Shown piece after piece: positions 55,103 through 63,263 of a stretch of DNA of 64,000 bases (the first letter of the stretch is position 1; each line of letters begins with the position of its first letter). The notes beneath the pieces were generated by a model. That model was not told the DNA's origin. It worked only from the letters and a program-made list of their open reading frames with translations, and searched no databases. The DNA is from a virus. The stretch lies in IMG/VR virus record IMGVR_UViG_3300017917_002280, positions 2,307-66,306 of that record. One strand, written 5' to 3'. The position numbers and the translations under genes were made by a program.

Positions 55103-57043
55103 TTATACCTTAGTAATATCGCAGGCTCCAGCCACACATGCAAGCTCTTGGCTTCCAGTCGTATTGTCAGATGTTTCATAGTTCTGAAGCCAATTCCAAT
55201 CTAAATCGGCTGGTGTCTCTGATAATAGTTTAGCATATTCTGATTCAGAAATCTCCTGATATGGAGCTTGCTGGTAAACATGGTCTGAATATGGCAGGAA
55301 TGAAATTCCAGAAAGTTCATCGATGTGGTCATAAACCCAAGCACCTACTGCCATCCATTCATCCTCTCTTACTGAAATTGTAATTGACGGCTTGTGCTCT
55401 GTCCAGTAACGCTGGTATGCCAACCATAGCTCAAGGTGTTGAATTGCAGTAAGGTCTTCTCTTGTAAGGGCATCCTGTGGAGCCTTTATTGGGAATGTAA
55501 AAACAACTGTGTCGTTTGGCTTCATGACATCTGGCTCGCTCTTGATTCCCATATCCTTTAGGAAGTCTGTCACTGGATCTTTTACATCTGCGCGAATTGT
55601 TCTTGCGTAAAATTGACTGTGCCAAGTGTGCATTCCAGAAGAACAGTTGACCAATTGCGACACTGTTCCGGAAGGTTTTACGCAAGTAATTGCTGCTGCT
55701 GGTTTAATGTTCAGCTTATCTGCATATTCTTTGTTTATGGCGACAGCATGCTCTCTAAGTTCATCAAGCCATTGTGTTAACTTTTCGTACCCTTCTTTTC
55801 CGTTTAGAACGGAGTGTCCCAACTGACCTGTAAGCGAGACTCCAAGAAGTCTTTCCTCTTCACAGTTATTCTGCCACTGCTTTCTTAGATACTTGAATCT
55901 TGTAAATGTTGATTGGAATGTTCCAAGAATTGTTGCAAGCTCAACTTTCTTCTTTAGGTCTTCAAGGGTGTCTGTTTCTCTTACGACAACCTCTGTCAAG
56001 TTGCAAAATTCAAACGGTCTCAAAATAATTTCAGAGCACGGATTGGTTCCGAAATCAAAGCTCGCGTCTCTTCTTCCATTTTTTGCTGCGACTCTTTTAG
56101 CAGCATCTCTTGAGAAGATTCCTCTTTCTCCAGACTTTGAATCATACAAGGACTTCCACTCAGCCATGAATACTTCCATAGTTGGTTTTGTCTCATATGT
56201 CGCAGAGTTGTTTGCAAGTGCTCTTTGACCATTGTACTCCCACCAAGAACCAGCTTTGGCTGCTGCCATATTTCTATCCTCAAGATCTGACAAAGAAATC
56301 ATGGCGCTTCTACGAACACCACCAACAACAACAACTTCTGCAATCTTACACATAATGTCATGTGCCTCAATCGGGGTAATCTTTCTTCCAGCAGCATTGC
56401 GAATTGTTGAAATTGTAAACTTGAAAAGTCTGTTTAATGGCTCTGGGCCTGAAGCGCGACCTCCGAAAGTCTTAAGTCTTGCGCCTGCAGGACGCACTCT
56501 AGTCAAATCCCAATCTGGGATCTGACCTTGATAAAGGAGGGCAATGAGCTCTCTTAGAGCCTTTGCCCAGCCAGCTTTGGAATCCTCAACAACAATGGTG
56601 GTATCGCTCTTCTCAAAGTGCTCGTTTACAACTGGAAGTTGATTTACATACTTTGACTCTACAGAGTACCCCACGCCTGTTCCACACATCAGAATATACA
56701 TGGCCTCGTCAAACGAGCGCAGGGAGTCTACTGGCAAATATGAACAGTTATAAATGCAAGTGTTATCTCTTTCAAGTGCTGGTCCTGCTGTCATTAGCGC
56801 TCTCATTGAAGGCATAACATTGGTGTGTAAAATAGCACTTTCAATGTCGGACTTTATATTAGTCGGAACAGAATAATTGTTGTATTTTTCCAGTGCGTCA
56901 AAAATGTAATCTGTGAATCTAGAAACAGTCTCGTGCCAATCCTCCCTACGGTTTTCTTCCTCAATCCATCGTGCATATCTGGTCTTGTGAATAACCTGCT
57001 GGTAGGCAGTTGGTAATGAAACTGTCATAAAAATCTTCTCCAT
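55103..57043 (-). CDS. nrdJ: Class II (B12-dependent) ribonucleotide reductase
   Basis: MPSMRAL, YNCSY, GGVRRSA, TNPCSEI, FCNLTE, TCVKPSGTVSQL, EHKPSIT and C-terminal ACVAGAC. Confidence 0.93.
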   Translation of the reverse strand: MEKIFMTVSLPTAYQQVIHKTRYARWIEEENRREDWHETVSRFTDYIFDALEKYNNYSVPTNIKSDIESAILHTNVMPSMRALMTAGPALERDNTCIYNCSYLPVDSLRSFDEAMYILMCGTGVGYSVESKYVNQLPVVNEHFEKSDTTIVVEDSKAGWAKALRELIALLYQGQIPDWDLTRVRPAGARLKTFGGRASGPEPLNRLFKFTISTIRNAAGRKITPIEAHDIMCKIAEVVVVGGVRRSAMISLSDLEDRNMAAAKAGSWWEYNGQRALANNSATYETKPTMEVFMAEWKSLYDSKSGERGIFSRDAAKRVAAKNGRRDASFDFGTNPCSEIILRPFEFCNLTEVVVRETDTLEDLKKKVELATILGTFQSTFTRFKYLRKQWQNNCEEERLLGVSLTGQLGHSVLNGKEGYEKLTQWLDELREHAVAINKEYADKLNIKPAAAITCVKPSGTVSQLVNCSSGMHTWHSQFYARTIRADVKDPVTDFLKDMGIKSEPDVMKPNDTVVFTFPIKAPQDALTREDLTAIQHLELWLAYQRYWTEHKPSITISVREDEWMAVGAWVYDHIDELSGISFLPYSDHVYQQAPYQEISESEYAKLLSETPADLDWNWLQNYETSDNTTGSQELACVAGACDITKV

Positions 57044-57088
57044 CTTTTAGTAAAGTTAAATAATGCCACCAAAAGGTGGCGTTGGTAT

Positions 57089-57117
57089 ATTCTATCAAAT
57101 TATCTGTTAGTGGTCAA
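57089..57117 (-). promoter_or_regulatory. nrdJ promoter (TTGACC-N17-TAGAAT, extended TG)
   Basis: Direct sequence match on the minus strand. Confidence 0.6.
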
Positions 57118-57136
57118 ATTGTGGTAAGATACCTCC

Positions 57137-57346
57137 ATGATAACAATACAAGAAATACATGCGTATCAAAATCTAGTTGAATCTGGTGATGTGAAGCCAG
57201 TTATTTGCATATCAAACAAGGATCATGGGAAGATGATTCCTTGGATAAATGAAGATAAGCCCTGTTTTAAATGTTTAGCTTGTGAAACAAAAGTTTATCC
57301 AAGTATTAAAATCACTGAAGCAATTAAAAAATATTCAACTAAATGA
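57137..57346 (+). CDS. Small zinc-binding protein (leaderless)
   Basis: C..H and CLAC motifs. TGGTAAGAT lies 6 nt upstream of the ATG. Confidence 0.6.
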   Translation: MITIQEIHAYQNLVESGDVKPVICISNKDHGKMIPWINEDKPCFKCLACETKVYPSIKITEAIKKYSTK

Positions 57347-57719
57347 TTTCGTCTTCTAGTTGAAGAACTCTTTTCTCAATCCTACCTATTTGATCTTTGA
57401 TAGATGTTCCATGATTTGGAGTAACTTCTTTTTCAACACTATCGATTCTCAGGCATAGGTAGCCAAGATTTTCTTCTATATTTTTAATTCTTTCAGCAAC
57501 TCCGGGAACTTTGTCAAATCCCGGTCTCTCTTCAATTCCAAAATAATCGTCAAGGAAGTGTATTATTCTTTTCACTATCTTGAATATTTTTCTCAAGAAA
57601 ATAGAAGCGGTGGTTGCAGCACCAATAATTGTGATAATTGTCATTAACCAGCCAGTATTATTCACGCCACAACCACCAATTCTATTACTCTGCTGAGTTC
57701 CTTCCATAGCGAGTGTCAT
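57339..57719 (-). CDS. Membrane protein (lysis-cassette-type)
   Basis: One TM segment followed by a coiled coil with PNHGTSIKD. The true start is probably downstream of the ORF-track start. Confidence 0.6.
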   Translation of the reverse strand: MTLAMEGTQQSNRIGGCGVNNTGWLMTIITIIGAATTASIFLRKIFKIVKRIIHFLDDYFGIEERPGFDKVPGVAERIKNIEENLGYLCLRIDSVEKEVTPNHGTSIKDQIGRIEKRVLQLEDEII

Positions 57720-57903
57720 TGGGGTCTAGCATTCCATAGCCAAGTGTAATTACTGCTGCAATACCTGAGCTTGCAATTGCCTTCCAGCCCTCGCCATCAA
57801 TCTCAAAAACATTCTGACCAAGAGCAATGTACTGAGCAAGTGCTGTAGCACCAAATGTCTTGAGCAGGGTCTTTAGAGCTGCTTTTGTCTTTTTGTTTAG
57901 CAT
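57685..57903 (-). CDS. Putative holin
   Basis: 72 aa, two hydrophobic helices, ends LDPNDTRYG like actinophage holins. AGGAG RBS. Confidence 0.65.
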   Translation of the reverse strand: MLNKKTKAALKTLLKTFGATALAQYIALGQNVFEIDGEGWKAIASSGIAAVITLGYGMLDPNDTRYGRNSAE

Positions 57904-57920
57904 AGTGTATAATCTCCTTC

Positions 57921-58009
57921 TATATTTATAATATATATAATATATATAAATTTTAAATATTATTTATATTTATTATTATTTATATATAAATAATAATAAA
58001 TAAATTATA
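57921..58009. other. 89-bp A/T-only tract with a 36-bp perfect palindrome (candidate origin or divergent control region)
   Basis: No G or C from 57921 to 58009. Palindrome spans 57967-58002. Lies at a divergent strand switch. Confidence 0.6.
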
Positions 58010-58026
58010 CACGAAAGGTTTTTATC

Positions 58027-58719
58027 TTGATTAAAGTTCTTGACAATGGTTATGTAAAATTGATTAACAATATGGGTTCTGACATTGATGTTGTTAATGC
58101 TGCTAGAGCTTCTTTTGAAAAAGAAGTTTCTGAAATGTCAGAGGGTGATGATAAACTATTACGATTCCTGATTGAACATAAACATGATTCAACTTTGAGG
58201 CACTGCACTATGACTTTTGAAGTCTACGCACCGTTGATGGTCGCTCGCCAATGGTATAAGCATGCGGTAGCAAGCACACACTTGGACGACCAGATGGGCT
58301 GGAACGAGTCAAGTCGCAGGTATATAACCGAAAATGAGGTCTTTTATATTCCCGAGCCAGAGCAATGGCGTTCCATGCCGGAAAATAAGAAGCAAGGCTC
58401 TGGTGGTCCGGTTTCGCCAGAAGTCGGCAACAAGTTTGAGGAATTGATGAATCGCACGGTGGAACTAGGGCTTGCGAATTACAGAGAAGCACTTTCGGCA
58501 AATATAGCCCCAGAACAGGCAAGGCTACTATTGCCTGCATACTCTATGTATGTTCGCTGGCGTTGGACAACATCTTTGAACTCCGTTCTTCACTTTCTTT
58601 CTTTGAGATTGAAGAATGATTCCCAATTTGAAATCCGGGAATACGCAAAGGCCATCTTGACTCAAATTGAGGATATATATCCAAGATCTATCGAACATTG
58701 GATGAATACCCGTGTCTGA
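58027..58719 (+). CDS. thyX: Flavin-dependent thymidylate synthase
   Basis: VVNAARASF, VARQWYKH, WNESSRRY, EQARLLLP, FLSLR and SQFEIREYA. Confidence 0.93.
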   Translation: MIKVLDNGYVKLINNMGSDIDVVNAARASFEKEVSEMSEGDDKLLRFLIEHKHDSTLRHCTMTFEVYAPLMVARQWYKHAVASTHLDDQMGWNESSRRYITENEVFYIPEPEQWRSMPENKKQGSGGPVSPEVGNKFEELMNRTVELGLANYREALSANIAPEQARLLLPAYSMYVRWRWTTSLNSVLHFLSLRLKNDSQFEIREYAKAILTQIEDIYPRSIEHWMNTRV

Positions 58720-58924
58720 GTCAAATGAAAACACCCCCGAAATTTTGAACATGGATGAAAATCTAGGCGCTCTTCTTTACATTATGCTTGGAAGAGTGTA
58801 TGATATGCTCGTGATTATCGCAGATAGTCAAGGAAAGGGTGAAGACGCAGCGAAGCTGATGAAACTTCACCAAGAGGGACAACTTATGTGTCCCCCGCCA
58901 AGTTTGGCTTTCGACAACGAATAG
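58712..58924 (+). CDS. Hypothetical protein
   Basis: 70-aa ORF overlapping the end of thyX. Confidence 0.6.
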   Translation: MSESNENTPEILNMDENLGALLYIMLGRVYDMLVIIADSQGKGEDAAKLMKLHQEGQLMCPPPSLAFDNE

Positions 58925-58933
58925 GAGAAAAAA

Positions 58934-59458
58934 TTGACTTGCATTGTTGCTGTAACAGATGGTAAAACCGTTCATATGGCTGCCGATAGAGGTGCTAGCG
59001 ATGGACATGTGATTTTGAAGCTAGCAAAGCCTAAGATTCATAAAAATGGAGAATATCTCATCGGATATGCTGGATCTATGTCTGGTGGACAGCTTTTGCA
59101 ATCAATCGCCCTTCCCGCCATTCCTAAGAAGGAACTTCACTCATTCATGCGTACAGGCTTTTTAAAGGCCCTTAGAGACGCGATTGAAAATTATGGTATT
59201 GGAACATCAGAAGCAGATGAATCTGTCATCCTCGTGGCTTGTAGGGGTCGTATATTCGAAATTAGCCCTAGTGATTGGAGTGTTGCAGAATGGAGATCAA
59301 CTGCCATCGGTTCTGGAGCACCTGTGGCTCTTGGAGCCATGTATGTCATGGAGTCAAATGGAGTTGAAGATTACAAAACCATTGTTACCACCGCCGTTGA
59401 AGCTGCCTGCGAATTGTCTCCAACTTGCAAATTGCCCATCGATTACGAGACAATTTAA
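58934..59458 (+). CDS. HslV / proteasome-beta-like Ntn threonine protease
   Basis: M-T-CIVAV (Thr nucleophile), MAAD, KI, IGYAGS and AIGSGA..ALGAM. Confidence 0.75.
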   Translation: MTCIVAVTDGKTVHMAADRGASDGHVILKLAKPKIHKNGEYLIGYAGSMSGGQLLQSIALPAIPKKELHSFMRTGFLKALRDAIENYGIGTSEADESVILVACRGRIFEISPSDWSVAEWRSTAIGSGAPVALGAMYVMESNGVEDYKTIVTTAVEAACELSPTCKLPIDYETI

Positions 59459-59641
59459 AACACCCACACAAATAGTACCTATTTTAGAAAAATGTGAATA
59501 ATATTTTTTCTTGTACGATACACGATTTCTGGCAAAAAATCCCTTAATAAATAGTGAGCACATACGGCGTGTCGCCTTTGCGATGTCGTACCCCTATGCT
59601 AGTGTTCTACCTATCAGCAAGGACAACCGAAAGGAAATGAA

Positions 59642-59767
59642 ATGCTCTCCATCGCCACCTACGCCGCCGTCCTCTCCCGCATGGTCGGTGAGGGTACTTT
59701 CGACCTGACGGCTGATGAGGCTCAGGCTCTCATCGCCGCCGCCGTCAACGACAAGGCGTACCTCTAA
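59642..59767 (+). CDS. Microprotein (41 aa)
   Basis: MLSIATYAAVLSRMVGEG... with GAAAGG RBS and an upstream promoter. Confidence 0.7.
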   Translation: MLSIATYAAVLSRMVGEGTFDLTADEAQALIAAAVNDKAYL

Positions 59768-59774
59768 CGACTAA

Positions 59775-59796
59775 GGTGGGGGCGAAAGCCCCCACC
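59775..59796 (+). terminator. GC hairpin with GAAA tetraloop
   Basis: ggtgggggc-GAAA-gcccccacc directly after a stop codon. Confidence 0.65.
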
Positions 59797-59850
59797 GATG
59801 TCAGACCCTTGTGCTAGTATCTGACTAAGAACCGAATGAAAGGCTACAAA

Positions 59851-59994
59851 ATGAACGCAAAGACTATCGCCACCTACCGCGCCAAGTGCGAGGCTCAGGG
59901 TTTCGATTGGGCAGACTACTGCGACTGTGACGAGTGGACACTCTCAATGCTGTTTGACACTTGGGAAGAAGACGAAAGCGAGGACTACCTCTGA
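59851..59994 (+). CDS. Acidic microprotein (47 aa)
   Basis: MNAKTIATYRAKCEAQGFDW...EEDESEDYL with GAAAGG RBS. Confidence 0.7.
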   Translation: MNAKTIATYRAKCEAQGFDWADYCDCDEWTLSMLFDTWEEDESEDYL

Positions 59995-60239
59995 TGAGTG
60001 ACCGTAACGAAATGTTTGACCACTTTCTAGATGAGTGCTACCCAACTGTAAACATTGTGGGGATTGACTTCTACCCTGCCGACATTCTGTTTGAGTGTGA
60101 CCCGATTGCGTATCGCGTTGCGATGAATGATTGGTTTGACGCGCAATGCTCTGACGGCATTCACAACTCAATCAGCGAAGGCTACAGCGTTTGCGATTGG
60201 TGCGGTGAGGATGTGCGCGATGAGGATGGTGACGAATGA
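59994..60239 (+). CDS. Acidic small protein (81 aa)
   Basis: TGATG coupling. FLDECYP...CDPIAYR...DW phage-type motif. Confidence 0.7.
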   Translation: MSDRNEMFDHFLDECYPTVNIVGIDFYPADILFECDPIAYRVAMNDWFDAQCSDGIHNSISEGYSVCDWCGEDVRDEDGDE

Positions 60240-60295
60240 CCACACTATTTATTCTCGCCATCATCCTGTTTGCTTCTGCGATGTTCGTGCCTTAA
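60236..60295 (+). CDS. Hydrophobic peptide (19 aa)
   Basis: MTTLFILAIILFASAMFVP with ATGA coupling. Confidence 0.45.
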   Translation: MTTLFILAIILFASAMFVP

Positions 60296-60408
60296 ATCCC
60301 TTGTAAATAAAGGGTTTTTCGCACCCTCAAATTTCCCTTATTCCATAAGGGTTTTTTGGGGGTCGCGGAGCGCCCCCGGACAAATCCGACATTTAAGACA
60401 GTTACGAA

Positions 60409-60424
60409 TGTGACGCAGTTCACA
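60409..60424. promoter_or_regulatory. CRP/GlxR-consensus box
   Basis: TGTGA-CGCAGT-TCACA, a perfect match. Confidence 0.65.
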
Positions 60425-60611
60425 GAAAATTCTAAATTCGGACATTCAGGACATACATTTATGCATTCGGAGTGCATAAAAAATCCCTTACGGAATAAGG
60501 GTTTTTCAGCTGTCTATGCATAGGTATGCATAAGAAATACCTACCCCGCTGTGAAGTGTGTCAGGGGGGTATGCTAAGATGGGGGGTATCAACCAAACGA
60601 AAGGGCATCTA

Positions 60612-60857
60612 ATGTCTACTGTGAACCTTGTCAAGTCCCGTACTGTTGGTGGTATCCGCTTCACCACCCCCGCCATCGGCATGGAAATCACCACGCCTAG
60701 CGGCGATTGGGGTATGGTGTATGAGGTCGCACCTCACACCACCAAAGATGGGCGCGAGTCGTATCGCTGTCGCATCGCCAAGTCTCACCGCCACGAGTCT
60801 CGTTGGGTGACTGTCTATTGGTTGCGCTGTGATGGTGAGCGTTACACCGTAATCTAA
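60612..60857 (+). CDS. Small protein (81 aa)
   Basis: MSTVNLVKSR... following a GAAAGGG RBS and promoter. Confidence 0.7.
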   Translation: MSTVNLVKSRTVGGIRFTTPAIGMEITTPSGDWGMVYEVAPHTTKDGRESYRCRIAKSHRHESRWVTVYWLRCDGERYTVI

Positions 60858-60910
60858 TGTCGTACCCTTGTGGTACACTCACCCTAACCAACCAAACGAA
60901 AGGCAAACTA

Positions 60911-61075
60911 ATGGCTAGTCTTGAATCTGTCGGCGCACTTGTTGACGCTATTCAGGCATCGGGCAGGACAACCGACAGGGGTTCCGCTTATGCCTACGCT
61001 ATGGGTATGGTTTCATCATACCTTGACGATGCGCTTATTGAGCGCATGACCAACGACATGAAGGCAGGTGCGTGA
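60911..61075 (+). CDS. Microprotein (54 aa)
   Basis: MASLESVGALVDAI...YAYAMG with RBS. Confidence 0.7.
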   Translation: MASLESVGALVDAIQASGRTTDRGSAYAYAMGMVSSYLDDALIERMTNDMKAGA

Positions 61076-61212
61076 TGGGTGCGATGAAAGACCTTGTGAA
61101 TGCAGGGTGCTACTACTGTGGCGAGGACAACCCAACCGAACTGCGTAACTATGGCGAGATTGTTGCTATCTGCGAAAACTGTGCAACACTTGAGAGTGGG
61201 GAGTGTGTCTGA
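61075..61212 (+). CDS. Zinc-finger microprotein (45 aa)
   Basis: CYYCG...CENCATLESGECV with TGATG coupling. Confidence 0.65.
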   Translation: MGAMKDLVNAGCYYCGEDNPTELRNYGEIVAICENCATLESGECV

Positions 61213-61319
61213 TGTTTTTATTCTATGCGCTTGTTTCTGTTGGTGCTGTGTTGTGGTTTGTTGATTTCATCGGTTGGGTGAATAAGCAAATCGAACCCGA
61301 GAAATCCCTTATTCCATAA
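61212..61319 (+). CDS. Hydrophobic peptide (35 aa)
   Basis: MFLFYALVSVGAVLWFVDFIGW... The stop lies inside a CCCTT box. Confidence 0.5.
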   Translation: MFLFYALVSVGAVLWFVDFIGWVNKQIEPEKSLIP

Positions 61320-61406
61320 GGGTTTTTTCGACCCCCGAAAATCCCTTTGTTTATAAGGGTTTTTCGCCCCTGCGGGGCGCCCCCGGACAATTCGGACATT
61401 TAAGTC

Positions 61407-61422
61407 TGTGATACGAATCACA
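61407..61422. promoter_or_regulatory. CRP/GlxR-consensus box
   Basis: TGTGA-TACGAA-TCACA, a perfect match. Confidence 0.65.
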
Positions 61423-61523
61423 CAGAAACTCTCAGGAAACTCTAAAGATTCATCGGCGTGTCGCGTAGGTAATGTCAGTACCTTGTGCTAAGATGAGGGC
61501 ATCACCGAATGAAAGGGCAACTA

Positions 61524-61688
61524 ATGACCACTCTCAAACTTCCGACCTCTTGGAACTACAGCACTTCTATGTACCGCAAGTGGACTTGTAAGGACTGTGG
61601 CTTCTCCATTGAGGGTTCCACCTCTTACCGCCTGTTCCGAAAGGCTTGGGACGCTAACCACCTCACCAAACACAATGCGAATGCCTGA
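61524..61688 (+). CDS. C2H2-like zinc microprotein (54 aa)
   Basis: WTCKDCG...HLTKH with RBS and promoter. Confidence 0.7.
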   Translation: MTTLKLPTSWNYSTSMYRKWTCKDCGFSIEGSTSYRLFRKAWDANHLTKHNANA

Positions 61689-61744
61689 CCTTTGTCAGAC
61701 CCTTGTGCTAAGATGTACCCATCACCCAAACGAAAGGCAAACTA

Positions 61745-61873
61745 ATGACCGAGCCAATGTATGACGCCCACTCTTTGGACTTCTGTAACTACTGTGGTGA
61801 CCCTGCCACCGAAAGCCGTATTGACTACGCAGTATGCGAATACTGCGCGACTTTGGAAAGTGGTGAGTGCTGA
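61745..61873 (+). CDS. Zinc-finger microprotein (42 aa), paralogue of 61075-61212
   Basis: CNYCG...CEYCATLESGEC. Confidence 0.7.
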   Translation: MTEPMYDAHSLDFCNYCGDPATESRIDYAVCEYCATLESGEC

Positions 61874-61977
61874 TGAAGGTTTCGCCTTGGGTCAAGTGTC
61901 CCGACTGCGGTAAACTTCATATCGCCGTGAGTTTCAAGTTTGTTTGTCAATGCGGAAAAGAGTTAGGGGTAAAGTGA
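61873..61977 (+). CDS. Zinc-ribbon microprotein (34 aa)
   Basis: CPDCGK...CQCG with TGATG coupling. Confidence 0.6.
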   Translation: MKVSPWVKCPDCGKLHIAVSFKFVCQCGKELGVK

Positions 61978-62087
61978 TGGACGGAATCATCTATGCGCTT
62001 TGTATCATCGGATTCGCTAGTGCTATCTGCTCCTTGGGCGTAGTGCTTAGCGATCAGTGGGAGAAGCGCCAAAACCCTTTAGAATAA
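61977..62087 (+). CDS. Hydrophobic peptide (36 aa)
   Basis: MDGIIYALCIIGFASAICSLGVVL... The stop lies inside a CCCTT box. Confidence 0.55.
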   Translation: MDGIIYALCIIGFASAICSLGVVLSDQWEKRQNPLE

Positions 62088-62181
62088 AGGGAAATCTAGA
62101 ACCCTAGAAAACCCTTTGTTTGTAAGGGTTTTTAGCCCCTGCGGGGCGCCCCGCCGAGATCACTTTGTCAAGCCTTACGAG

Positions 62182-62197
62182 TGTGATAAGAGCCACA
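62182..62197. promoter_or_regulatory. CRP/GlxR-like box (1 mismatch)
   Basis: TGTGA-TAAGAG-CCACA. Confidence 0.55.
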
Positions 62198-62288
62198 AAG
62201 AAATCTCACAGGCATTCGGCGTGTCGCGGCGTGAATGTCAGACCCTTGTGCTAGGCTTACTCTTGTAAGCGAAACGAAAGGACACGCA

Positions 62289-62423
62289 ATGAGCGCGATG
62301 AAGGCAGTCTACACCCAGCTCCAAATCTGGGGCATCAACCCCGAAACCGCAACCGATGAGGACATCAGCGCGGCATTCAATGTGTGCTTCACCCTTGACT
62401 ATGAGAACGGGGGTTGGGCATAG
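62289..62423 (+). CDS. Microprotein (44 aa)
   Basis: MSAMKAVYTQLQIWG... with RBS and promoter. Confidence 0.7.
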   Translation: MSAMKAVYTQLQIWGINPETATDEDISAAFNVCFTLDYENGGWA

Positions 62424-62475
62424 GGTGTCAGACCCCTATGCTATGCTCTCCTCATACCCGATGAAAGGACAACTA

Positions 62476-62694
62476 ATGAAACTTCAGACTTGGACTTGCG
62501 CGAATGGTTGCGGCGAGTGGACTACCGAAGTCCCCGAATGCTTCCAATACAACGGCGCAGAAGTGTTGTGCGTCTTCTGCCTCGTCAAGCAGAATAGTCA
62601 CAAGGTGTTTGAGGCGCTTGCTGAAGAGGCTCCCATTGTTGCCGCCTATCAGCCCGCGCCATTTGCACCTATCCAATACATCAGGGCGAGTTAG
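62476..62694 (+). CDS. Cys-containing small protein (72 aa)
   Basis: WTCANGCG...LCVFC with RBS and promoter. Confidence 0.7.
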   Translation: MKLQTWTCANGCGEWTTEVPECFQYNGAEVLCVFCLVKQNSHKVFEALAEEAPIVAAYQPAPFAPIQYIRAS

Positions 62695-62751
62695 TCACTC
62701 GCCCGATGTCAGACCCCTGTGGTAGCATTCACTCAAACGAAAGGACAACTA

Positions 62752-62922
62752 ATGACCAAGGACGAAATCCTAGACCTACTGCGTACTCGCGCAGAAAACT
62801 GCGCCATTGTGCGCGATAACTACACGATGACTGACGACTGCTTCTCGCACTCGCGTCATTGGGAAATCCAACGCTTGACCCTGCTTGACATCATCGCCTA
62901 CATCGAACACAACTCTAACTGA
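62752..62922 (+). CDS. Microprotein (56 aa)
   Basis: MTKDEILDLLR... with RBS and promoter. Confidence 0.7.
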   Translation: MTKDEILDLLRTRAENCAIVRDNYTMTDDCFSHSRHWEIQRLTLLDIIAYIEHNSN

Positions 62923-62934
62923 AAGGTACAGCAA

Positions 62935-63090
62935 ATGGAAATCCACCTCTTCTCGCAACAGGTCAAAGGTCTGATGATTGCTGGCACAGACTTTGACTTC
63001 TACCTGTCCACCCGCGCTCTTATCATCATCGGTGCGCTTGCCCTCGCCGTTGGTGTGTTGCGCCGTATCAAGAAGGTGCGTGGTCTCTGA
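62935..63090 (+). CDS. Membrane microprotein (51 aa)
   Basis: GAAAGG RBS. TM segment ALIIIGALALAVGVL followed by a basic tail. Confidence 0.6.
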   Translation: MEIHLFSQQVKGLMIAGTDFDFYLSTRALIIIGALALAVGVLRRIKKVRGL

Positions 63091-63263
63091 TGATGACACG
63101 CAAGGACTACATCGCAACCGCTTCCATCTTGGAAAGTGTGAAAGATGAAATGCCAAAGCATATTCACTTCACGCTCGTTGATATGTTCGCGGAGATGATG
63201 GAGAAGGACAATCCGCGCTTTGACGCAAAGCGTTTCTTTGAGGCAAGCGGAATGCCCTTGTAA
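63090..63263 (+). CDS. Small phage protein (MTRKDY...DNPRFD family)
   Basis: Motif recurrent in actinophage early regions. The stop lies inside a CCCTT box. Confidence 0.7.
   Translation: MMTRKDYIATASILESVKDEMPKHIHFTLVDMFAEMMEKDNPRFDAKRFFEASGMPL

Noticed and set aside
57044-57136. Cobalamin riboswitch or NrdR box upstream of nrdJ
   Set aside because: The leader is about 40 nt with only a short hairpin (gccacc-aaaa-ggtggc), and there is no convincing NrdR palindrome.
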